A stretch of 64,000 nt of DNA from a bacterium (GTDB taxonomy: Bacteria > Zhuqueibacterota > Zhuqueibacteria > Oceanimicrobiales > Oceanimicrobiaceae): assembly GCA_046757525.1 (NCBI GenBank), contig JBHHYI010000001.1:31073-95072 (forward strand). Direction: 5' to 3'. Of the stretch, positions 25,630 to 33,536 are shown in pieces. Numbering within the stretch: position 1 is the first letter of the stretch; every line of letters starts with the position of its first letter. Below the pieces are notes generated by a model that saw only the letters and a list, made by a program, of their open reading frames with translations, was not told the DNA's origin and did not search any database. The position numbers and the translations under genes were made by a program.

Positions 25630-26642
25630 TCGCAAGAGAGAAAGCCTACAAGGATATCGAGGAAACCAAGAGAATCGATGTCCAGTATTTTGCAGACCGC
25701 TTCTCGGACCGGTGGGACACATTTGTGTGGAATGCAAATAACGGCTCGCTATTTCACACGCGAAGGTTTCTAAACTACCATCCCAAATATCGATTTCAAG
25801 ATGTCTCACTGGTTTTTTCGAAAGGAAACAAATGGCTGGCTCTGTTGCCCGCCGCCGTTGAGAAAACCGGAAGCCTCAAATCACTGGTCTCGCATCCTGG
25901 CACTTCCTTTGCCGGATTTGTTCTGAATGACAACCACTCAATTAGAGATGTCTTCCGAATGATCAAGGCCTTTGTTCAGTTTGCTCACAAGCATGAATTC
26001 GCTAAAATAATTTTGACCATTCCTCCGCAAATTTATTATTCGCGTCCCAGCAACTACTTGGAATTTGCGCTCCTGGAGGCGGGTTTTGTTTACCAAAAAA
26101 GAGAAGTGTCCAGTGTCATTCCGCTGGATTTTTCTGAAGAGGACATTCTCACCATTTTTAGCCCGGAATCGAGCCGGGCGGTGCGCAAGGCCATCCGATG
26201 CGGGGTACAAGTTCATGAAAATGAAGACCTTGGGCCATTTTATGGCCTTTTAGAAAAGAACCTCAAGCTTAGACACAATGTCCAACCGACTCACACCCTT
26301 GCAGAATTGCAGCACCTAAAACGGATATTTCCAGACCGAATCAGGCTATTTGAGGCTACCCTGGGTGAGAAAACGATCGCCGGTATCGTGCTTTTCATTT
26401 GCAATGCCAAGGTCGCTCTGGCCTTTTATGTGAGTCATGATGAGCGAATGCAAGAATACAGGGCGGTTAATTTTCTGTTTTATCATGTCATACGTTGGGC
26501 AATCTGGCAAAGACTAAAGTTTTTGGACTTTGGCATATTTACCGTGAATATGAAGCCCAATTGGGGCCTGGCCCGATTCAAGGAGAGTTTTGGCGCCCAG
26601 GGCATCTTTCGTGACACCCTGGTAAAAGAGATCGAGACGTAG
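25626..26642 (+). CDS. FemAB-like / GNAT-fold acyltransferase family protein
   Basis: 338 aa. ATGA overlap with the argF stop. Tandem acyltransferase-like halves. Call rests on family-level resemblance only. Confidence 0.45.
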   Translation: MIAREKAYKDIEETKRIDVQYFADRFSDRWDTFVWNANNGSLFHTRRFLNYHPKYRFQDVSLVFSKGNKWLALLPAAVEKTGSLKSLVSHPGTSFAGFVLNDNHSIRDVFRMIKAFVQFAHKHEFAKIILTIPPQIYYSRPSNYLEFALLEAGFVYQKREVSSVIPLDFSEEDILTIFSPESSRAVRKAIRCGVQVHENEDLGPFYGLLEKNLKLRHNVQPTHTLAELQHLKRIFPDRIRLFEATLGEKTIAGIVLFICNAKVALAFYVSHDERMQEYRAVNFLFYHVIRWAIWQRLKFLDFGIFTVNMKPNWGLARFKESFGAQGIFRDTLVKEIET

Positions 26643-26708
26643 CCGCCAACCTCAGATCGTTGGGCTTCGAGGCTGTTGGTTTGCTCCGCGTGTTTCCTAA
26701 AAGCCCCC

Positions 26709-26732
26709 GCAATCCGGCAGCCGCCGGATTGC
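26709..26732 (+). terminator. perfect 10-bp hairpin downstream of the FemAB-like gene (terminator-like)
   Basis: gcaatccggc-agcc-gccggattgc followed by TTTCAAT. Confidence 0.45.
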
Positions 26733-26855
26733 TTTCAATGTCGGAAACGCCAAGCCAGCCCTGTCATGCAGGAGGCTTCTTGTTACAAGTCAGCACGGTG
26801 TAGCCAGCGGACAAGATTCCTCCTGAATGACACTGGAGGGTGTAATAAAGGACGG

Positions 26856-27141
26856 CGACAGCGAGGCGTTTCCTGAAAGCACTGTGCGAGTCATCCCGAG
26901 TAGGTCGCTGCTGTTCAAGTGACCGTATCGAGGGGTGACGGACGTCGATACGAAATTCCCCTTTTTGAAAGGGGGACGGTTTTTGAAGCGTCCAGCGAAA
27001 AAACCAGGGGGATTTTAGGAGGCGTCCTGAAAACCCAAGCTAAGGTGCTGTCGGCCAGACATCCCTCTGATTTTCGCTCTGAACGAGCGAAAATCTGTCT
27101 CCCTTCAAAGGGAGAATGGCCTCGCAAACGAGACGTTTGCG
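26856..27141 (+). repeat. structured intergenic repeat element, copy A (5' module, hairpin-rich middle, conserved 3' hairpin)
   Basis: Positions 26883-26953 are about 90% identical to 53802-53872. The 3' hairpin cgcaaacg-aga-cgtttgcg is shared with copy B. Confidence 0.6.
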
Positions 27142-27158
27142 CGACGGGCAACGGCTTC

Positions 27159-28235
27159 ATGAGTTTAAGAATCATACATATTGCCCCTTTTAACACCTCG
27201 GGTGTCCCCATGGCTCTGGTCAAAGCTGAAAGGAAGCTGGGTCACTACAGCCGCTTGGTCACCCTGGGGCGGGATTTGAGGCATTACGAAGAAGATATTT
27301 GTCTGGATTTACCATTCATGAATTCCTGGGCTACCCGGTTAGCGAAGAGAATCGTTGTCCATCCGGACAGGCTTTCCGTGCACAACAACTACAAAATGCC
27401 TGAAACGATTCCTCCGGTTTGGCAGCCCAACGGGCCGGCTGAAAAAATAGGGATCGCCCTGCGCGAGTGGCTGTGGAAACGCCGAATCGAGCAACTGTTT
27501 GAGTCGTGTGATTTTTGGAACTTCGACATTTACCAGTTGGACGGGGGGCTGGAGTTCTTCAGAAATGGCCAGACCATCAAGAAACTCAAGGCGTTGCACA
27601 AAAAAGTTATTTGCTGCTACACCGGCAGCGATTTGCGTACAAGAGGCGTTTTGCCCAACGTTGATGCCCTAACGGATCTCAATGTTACTCTGGAATTCGA
27701 CCATTTAAAACTGCATGAAAAGATTCACCACGTTTTTTTCCCCTTTGACGTCAGCAGATACGAATTAAGGGCAGAGCCCGAGGGGGCCACGATCAGGATT
27801 GGGCATGCGCCCACAAATCGCGCGGCCAAAGGCAGCGAGGTCATCATCTCTGCTATTCAGGAGCTGCAATCGGAATTCTCAGTCGACTTGGAATTGATCG
27901 AGAATTTGCCACATGAGGAAGCGCTCAAAAGGAAGGCAAGATGTCACATATTTGTGGACCAAATAGGCATGCTGGGCTACGGCATCAACTCACTCGAGGC
28001 ACTGGCTATGGGCATTCCCACGTGTTCCTGTCTGGCCCCCGGTTTTGAAAAGGAATACTCCGATCATCCTTTCATCGTCATCGATGCGTCCAACATCAAA
28101 GCACGGTTGCGAGAATTGGTGCGCAGCAGAGAATTGCGACAGGCAAAGGGTAGCCAGGGCCGGCATTGGGTGCAAACCCACCACGACAGTCTCAAGGTTG
28201 TACAGAAGATTCATGCATTGGCTGGCTTGACTTAG
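27159..28235 (+). CDS. glycosyltransferase (GT-B fold, GT4-like C-terminal domain)
   Basis: Start placed at the ATG at 27159 (MSLRIIHIAPF). C-terminal half resembles the GT4 retaining-GT nucleotide-binding domain. The upstream part of the tracked ORF is the repeat region. Confidence 0.45.
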   Translation: MSLRIIHIAPFNTSGVPMALVKAERKLGHYSRLVTLGRDLRHYEEDICLDLPFMNSWATRLAKRIVVHPDRLSVHNNYKMPETIPPVWQPNGPAEKIGIALREWLWKRRIEQLFESCDFWNFDIYQLDGGLEFFRNGQTIKKLKALHKKVICCYTGSDLRTRGVLPNVDALTDLNVTLEFDHLKLHEKIHHVFFPFDVSRYELRAEPEGATIRIGHAPTNRAAKGSEVIISAIQELQSEFSVDLELIENLPHEEALKRKARCHIFVDQIGMLGYGINSLEALAMGIPTCSCLAPGFEKEYSDHPFIVIDASNIKARLRELVRSRELRQAKGSQGRHWVQTHHDSLKVVQKIHALAGLT

Positions 28236-28403
28236 TTTCTGTTTGGTAGAATGCCATTCCCAAATGCTTTCGGACCGTGTGAAACTGAAGATGTGATTTG
28301 AATCGCCAGAAGAGCATAATCGAGGCAAGGGGCACTTCTACAATCTTTTGCAACAGAAATGCTCAGGCCTCAGGAGTAACAAATTCAAATTGGTTTGGGG
28401 TAA

Positions 28404-29588
28404 ATGGAGAAGGCAGTGCGCGCAATGTTTAAGATTAAGCATTGGTTAAAACGGTCTACCTTGAAGCTTCTTCCTGGAAGGCCGGGAAAAGAGGTAATCG
28501 CGCCAGGTGATTTGCCACGATCAGAAATTCGCAAGATTGTGATCCTAATCCGGTCAGATGCTTTGGTTGATCTATTGTTGACCACGCCTGTTTTTAAAGC
28601 AGTCCGACAGGGATTCCCCTCGGCGCATATTGCTGTTTTGACGGGGAATTACACCGGCCAGGTCTTAGTTAACAACCCGAACATCGACGAAGTCATCTAT
28701 TTGCGCAAAGGGCTGGCATTTTGGTCGCCTGCTAATGTCATTGCTTTTGTTAAGCAATTACATGCCCACTTTGATTTAGCCATCGTGTTAAACCCTTCGG
28801 CCCAGATCGATTGGCTGGCTCATTTTAGTGGCGCCAGGTACATTTTGGGTCCCGAGCAAGCCGTTGAAACTGACGACGAGGCCATTGGCTTCTACAATCT
28901 GCGCGCCCCCCGCGCCGACGCAAAGCAGCACGTAACTGAGAGAGCTTTGGCGGTTGTGCGCCATCTCGGCCTGGATTCCAGCGACAAAGGGGCTGAGCTA
29001 AGCATAACCACGGAAGAAAAGATCCGGGCGATCGAGTTTTTGAAAGAAAATTTCATCCAACTGGGGGAGCTGGTGGTTGCGGTACACCTTGGTACAGGCA
29101 AGTTTAACCAGCCCTGGGATGTGAAGAACTTTATTCAAGTGGCCAAGAGTTTCAGCACCTTGCACAACGCTAAGATCGTGGTGTCGTGGGGACCTGAAGA
29201 CCAGCAGACAGGCCGGGCCTTCCTGGAGGGCATGCCTTTTACGCCAGTCCAGGCCAACGGGTTGTCGTTGCGCGAGCTTGCCGCCGTGTACCTCTTTTGC
29301 AGCTTGCTCGTGTGCAACTACACCGGGATCATGTATTTGGCCGCCAGCTTGGGTACGCCGCTGGTGGCCGTTGGCGGCCCGCCTGAGCCTGACGATCGCG
29401 AGCCGCTGGGCGAAGAATTTGTCGTGCTAAAAGGGGTCCACGGGGATGTGTCAACCATCGGCCCGGAGCAGGTGATGCAGCGGGCAGCCGGACTTCTTAG
29501 AGCTTACCCAAAGAATATCAAAGACCAACAGTTCGACATTTCAGAGCAGGTGTTAGAGCAATATTTGAACGTCCTAAAAACCTTTTGA
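28404..29588 (+). CDS. glycosyltransferase family 9 (heptosyltransferase-like)
   Basis: RKIVILIRSDALVDLLLTTPVFKAV N-terminus, typical of GT9. Confidence 0.6.
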   Translation: MEKAVRAMFKIKHWLKRSTLKLLPGRPGKEVIAPGDLPRSEIRKIVILIRSDALVDLLLTTPVFKAVRQGFPSAHIAVLTGNYTGQVLVNNPNIDEVIYLRKGLAFWSPANVIAFVKQLHAHFDLAIVLNPSAQIDWLAHFSGARYILGPEQAVETDDEAIGFYNLRAPRADAKQHVTERALAVVRHLGLDSSDKGAELSITTEEKIRAIEFLKENFIQLGELVVAVHLGTGKFNQPWDVKNFIQVAKSFSTLHNAKIVVSWGPEDQQTGRAFLEGMPFTPVQANGLSLRELAAVYLFCSLLVCNYTGIMYLAASLGTPLVAVGGPPEPDDREPLGEEFVVLKGVHGDVSTIGPEQVMQRAAGLLRAYPKNIKDQQFDISEQVLEQYLNVLKTF

Positions 29589-29808
29589 CCGGCAATGCAA
29601 ATCGTGTTGTGTCAGCATTGTTCTCGGGCAAGAAAGCTCGAAAATTCCCGTAACAGCATTTTTGTCCTTTGTGCTTGTTCGAAAAGAGACCCGAAGTACA
29701 AGAAATACCCAGCCTTGCCCGTGCTGGAGTGTCAGGCCTATCGCAAAAATGCTGATTCAGGCAGTGGCTCCTGAATTCAAATTAATTTAGTAACCAGTAA
29801 CCAATCTT

Positions 29809-30255
29809 TTGAGGGAGAGTGCCATGAGGATTAGCGACATCCTTAAGTCTAAGGGCAGCCAGGTCTATACGATCAACATGGAGCAATCCATACAGGAGAC
29901 CATTCAAAGCCTGGTCATGCACAATATTGGCGCGCTCCTGGTTTTGGATGACCAGGAGAAGCTTGTAGGCATCATTTCCGAACGGGACATCCTGAGGAAA
30001 AATGCCAACCAAACCGTCATTCTCAAAGACACCAAAGTAAAGGACGTCATGACCAGCAATTTAATCATCGGTGTCCCCAACGACGACATAGAATACATCA
30101 TGGGAATCATGACGAAAAACAGAATCCGGCATCTGCCGGTTTTGGATGAGGAGAAGGTCGTTGGCATTGTCTCTCTGGGCGATGTGGTGAAGGCACAACT
30201 GACCGAAAAAGAGTACGACAACCGCTATTTGAAACAATACATGTTTGGACATTGA
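29809..30255 (+). CDS. CBS-domain pair protein
   Basis: Two CBS motifs (VVDDQEKLVGIISERDIL; VLDEEKVVGIVSLGDVV). Confidence 0.7.
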   Translation: MRESAMRISDILKSKGSQVYTINMEQSIQETIQSLVMHNIGALLVLDDQEKLVGIISERDILRKNANQTVILKDTKVKDVMTSNLIIGVPNDDIEYIMGIMTKNRIRHLPVLDEEKVVGIVSLGDVVKAQLTEKEYDNRYLKQYMFGH

Positions 30256-30288
30256 TCGGAAGCGGGTGTTAGGTAGGGATGGCTAATG

Positions 30289-30340
30289 TTGTCAAGGCTG
30301 GCAAAAAGTGCTTGACAATCTTAAAATAATTTCCTAAACT
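30289..30340 (+). promoter_or_regulatory. sigma-70-like promoter with an overlapping 8-bp inverted-repeat operator candidate upstream of the FAH gene
   Basis: ttgtcaag (30289-30296) / cttgacaa (30311-30318). TTGACA (30312-30317), 17-nt spacer, TAAACT (30335-30340). Confidence 0.4.
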
Positions 30341-30452
30341 GATATCCCTAAAGCAGGCGCCTGGTCTCGCCGGTTGTGTTTTGCGCTTCCCAAGTCTGAG
30401 GAAAGCGTTGAGTTCCGCGTGAGACCATTCATGTCAATGGAAGGAGTCCATT

Positions 30453-31346
30453 TTGAAGGCATTCTCGTTTACCAATGAAAAAGGACTGTTGCAAATTGGC
30501 GTTGAATTACAAGGGCAAGCTTTCAATTTCTCCCAGGCCTGGGAAATCTACAAAGAGATCAAGAGCCGTGGCAAAGGCCCCAGTCTGAACCTCCTGCAAA
30601 TAATGGTGGAGACGGATTTCTTTTATCTGGACACCTTTCAGGAAGTTTTTCAAACGATCCGAGAATCCAGGCCCATCGAGAATCTCAAACTAACGTCCCA
30701 TTTTCGTTTCAGCTCCCCCATCGGTAGGCCCCAAAAAATCATCTGCATCGGCAGAAATTATAGCGCTCATGCTGAAGAATTGGGCAATGTTGTGCCGGAT
30801 GAGCCCATTTTTTTCTCAAAGTCTCCTTCGGCCATCACCGGGCATGAAGGTGCTATCAGAATCCCAGAAGGCGTTGGGCGCGTGGATTACGAGGGCGAAT
30901 TAGCTGTTGTGATCGGTAAACGGGCGCGTGGCATTTCCCGGGACAGGGCCTTCGACTTTATTGCAGGATATACCATACTGAATGACGTCACGGCACGGGA
31001 ATTACAAAAAGCTGACTTCAAAGAAGCGAAGCCATGGTTTCGTTCAAAGAGCTTTGACACCTTCTGTCCCATTGGCCCCTTTTTGGTGCCAAAGGATGCC
31101 ATTGCCAATCTGGCTGATTTGGAATTGGAAGTGCGCGTCAATAATGAACGAAAACAGTTTGCCAGGCTGGCACAAATGTTGTTTGATGTGCCGGGCCTGG
31201 TAGCCTATTTGTCAAGGTACCTGACGCTGGAGCCGGGCGATGTGGTGGCAACCGGTACGCCCGAAGGCGTTGGTCCGCTGCGACCGGGCGATGTGGTAGA
31301 GTGTGAAATAACCCAGCTTGGCACCTTGCGGAATCCAGTGCAGTGA
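30453..31346 (+). CDS. fumarylacetoacetate hydrolase (FAH) family protein
   Basis: C-terminal FAH-fold motifs (YEGELAVVIGK, GDVVATGTPEGVGP). Confidence 0.8.
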   Translation: MKAFSFTNEKGLLQIGVELQGQAFNFSQAWEIYKEIKSRGKGPSLNLLQIMVETDFFYLDTFQEVFQTIRESRPIENLKLTSHFRFSSPIGRPQKIICIGRNYSAHAEELGNVVPDEPIFFSKSPSAITGHEGAIRIPEGVGRVDYEGELAVVIGKRARGISRDRAFDFIAGYTILNDVTARELQKADFKEAKPWFRSKSFDTFCPIGPFLVPKDAIANLADLELEVRVNNERKQFARLAQMLFDVPGLVAYLSRYLTLEPGDVVATGTPEGVGPLRPGDVVECEITQLGTLRNPVQ

Positions 31347-31409
31347 GAAAAAGTTACATTTAATTTTACCGTTTTATTCATCATTTTTACACTTAGGAAG
31401 GAGGAAGGT

Positions 31410-33428
31410 ATGCGCTTACCCCTGAGACTGTTACAGACTTTTTTGTGTGTTGGCTTACTATTGGCTAACTACCAGTTGGCGAAAGCCAGGAGTGAAACGT
31501 CAAAGGAGGTAGTCATCAAGTTTCATGCGGACATCCAGAAAGGCCCGATCGATTCGCTAACCGCGGCGTTGGGACTGGTTAAGATCAAGTCTATGAGCGA
31601 GATTAACGTGGCCGTTTTCAGGATCTCTTCGGATTATTCCATGGAGAAGGTTGTGCAGATTTGCAGCAAGTCACCTTATGTCGAGTATGCCGAACCTACT
31701 GCTCGATTTCGCGTGGCAGCCATTGGCCTGCAAGCTGCGGAGCCTGCAACGGCAGCCGAGGCGCAGCAAAGTTCAAAACAGCAAGCGCAGGTCGCGGAGC
31801 ACAAGGAGGGCGAATTGCTGATCAAGTTCAAATCGGATGTGGCGCAGCTAGCGGTCACTTCGCTCTTGAACAATGTGGGCATCACCATCGACCGGCGGTT
31901 CGATGAAATTGGGGTGTACAAGTGTAGCATCAAGAGCGGCAAATCGGTTTTGAAGGCAACCGAAGAATGCAACGCCGACAGCAACGTGGAATATGCCGAG
32001 CCCAATTACATTTACCACGCCAGCGTAGAACCTAACGATCCGCGATTCCCTGATATGTTTGGGTTGGACAAAATCGATGCACCCCAGGCCTGGGACAAGC
32101 AAAAAGGGGCCAAGTCCATCGTCGTTGGCGTCATCGATACCGGCGCGGACCATGAGCACGAAGACTTGAAAGCGAATATGTGGCGTAACACTGGCGAGAT
32201 TGGCAACGGTAAGGAAAACAACGGGATCGATGACGACGGCAACGGGTTTGTAGATGATTTTCAGGGTTGGGATTTCGTACAAAGGGACAACGACCCATTC
32301 GATGACAACGAGCACGGAACACATGTGTCGGGAACCATCGGTGCGGTTGGCAACAATGGCACAGGTGTGGTTGGCGTCAATTGGACCGTCTCCATCATGC
32401 CGCTAAAGTTCCTGAATGCGCAGGGCAGTGGCACCACCGATGATGCCATCGATGCCATCCTGTACGGCGTGAACATGGGCGCCAATGTTCTGAGCAACAG
32501 TTGGGGCGGCGGTGGGTTTTCCAGAGCGCTGGAAGATGCTATAAAGTTTGCCAATCAACATGGCGTGCTGTTCGTGGCGGCCGCTGGCAATGCCAGCAGC
32601 AACAACGATTCCTTCCCCACTTTTCCGGCCAACTATGCCATCGATAATGTAATCGCTGTGGCGTCGAGCACGAGCAGCGACAATTTGTCCGGTTTTTCCA
32701 ATTTCGGCAAGAAGACCGTACACCTGGCTGCTCCCGGTTCAAACATTCTGAGCACTCTGCCACGCAACAAATATGGTCTGTTGAGCGGTACTTCTATGGC
32801 CACGCCACATGTCAGCGGCGCTGCTGCACTCGTTTGGGCGCAATTCCCTAACGCCACCATGAAGCAAATCAAAGCCCGCATTGTGGGGTCTGTTGACCGG
32901 CTGCCCAATTTTACGGACAAAGTCATTTCCGGAGGCCGGCTTAATGTGAACAAGGCACTGTCAACCAATCCCATTATTGCCAATACTACCCGGCTGGAGA
33001 ATACGCTGGACGAAACAGGACCTTATATAGTCGAGTCGGACATCGTAGACGATGGAAGCATTCAGACGGCCACTCTGACCTACCAGGTCATGGGACAGCA
33101 AGCGGTCACGGTGGCGATGACAGCCCTGGGCAGCGACAGCTACCGGGGTGAGATTCCTGGCCAGGCCCTGGGCAGCACCATCACCTATTTTGTAACCGCG
33201 TCTGACGGGGATGGCAACCAGGCTCAGGACCGGTCGTTCAGTTTTTCAATTGCGGAACCCACCAACGGCGGCGGATGTTGCGGCAAGCCTGCAATCGATT
33301 TAGCTTTCGAGAACGCAACGCTTCACACGACGGCAAATGTGTTAGCAAATATTTCGTTTTTCATTTTGCCGTTTGTTGGGTATCAGGTGCATTCCAAACG
33401 TCGCAAAAAGAACAAGAATCGCAAGTAG
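31410..33428 (+). CDS. subtilisin-like serine protease (S8), secreted, with an atypical C-terminal hydrophobic and basic tail
   Basis: Signal peptide and an inhibitor_I9-like propeptide. Catalytic D (VIDTGAD), H (HGTHVSGTIGA) and S (GTSMATPHVSGAAAL). Confidence 0.9.
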   Translation: MRLPLRLLQTFLCVGLLLANYQLAKARSETSKEVVIKFHADIQKGPIDSLTAALGLVKIKSMSEINVAVFRISSDYSMEKVVQICSKSPYVEYAEPTARFRVAAIGLQAAEPATAAEAQQSSKQQAQVAEHKEGELLIKFKSDVAQLAVTSLLNNVGITIDRRFDEIGVYKCSIKSGKSVLKATEECNADSNVEYAEPNYIYHASVEPNDPRFPDMFGLDKIDAPQAWDKQKGAKSIVVGVIDTGADHEHEDLKANMWRNTGEIGNGKENNGIDDDGNGFVDDFQGWDFVQRDNDPFDDNEHGTHVSGTIGAVGNNGTGVVGVNWTVSIMPLKFLNAQGSGTTDDAIDAILYGVNMGANVLSNSWGGGGFSRALEDAIKFANQHGVLFVAAAGNASSNNDSFPTFPANYAIDNVIAVASSTSSDNLSGFSNFGKKTVHLAAPGSNILSTLPRNKYGLLSGTSMATPHVSGAAALVWAQFPNATMKQIKARIVGSVDRLPNFTDKVISGGRLNVNKALSTNPIIANTTRLENTLDETGPYIVESDIVDDGSIQTATLTYQVMGQQAVTVAMTALGSDSYRGEIPGQALGSTITYFVTASDGDGNQAQDRSFSFSIAEPTNGGGCCGKPAIDLAFENATLHTTANVLANISFFILPFVGYQVHSKRRKKNKNRK

Positions 33429-33450
33429 ACGTTGTAACAGACATCGTCCA

Positions 33451-33489
33451 AGCCCCCGCTAATCGTCCTGACGGGGGCTTTTTGCTTTG
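33451..33489 (+). terminator. rho-independent terminator after the S8 protease gene
   Basis: agcccccg ... cgggggct stem followed by TTTTGCTTTG. Confidence 0.75.
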
Positions 33490-33536
33490 GAAATTAAATG
33501 ACGAATGCGCGTGTTCCTGAATAAAACACCTTCCCG

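Noticed and set aside
26919-27158. N-terminal 80 codons of the tracked ORF 26919..28235
   Set aside because: This part overlaps the hairpin-rich repeat element and its translation is low-complexity. A better start with GT-like sequence is the ATG at 27159.
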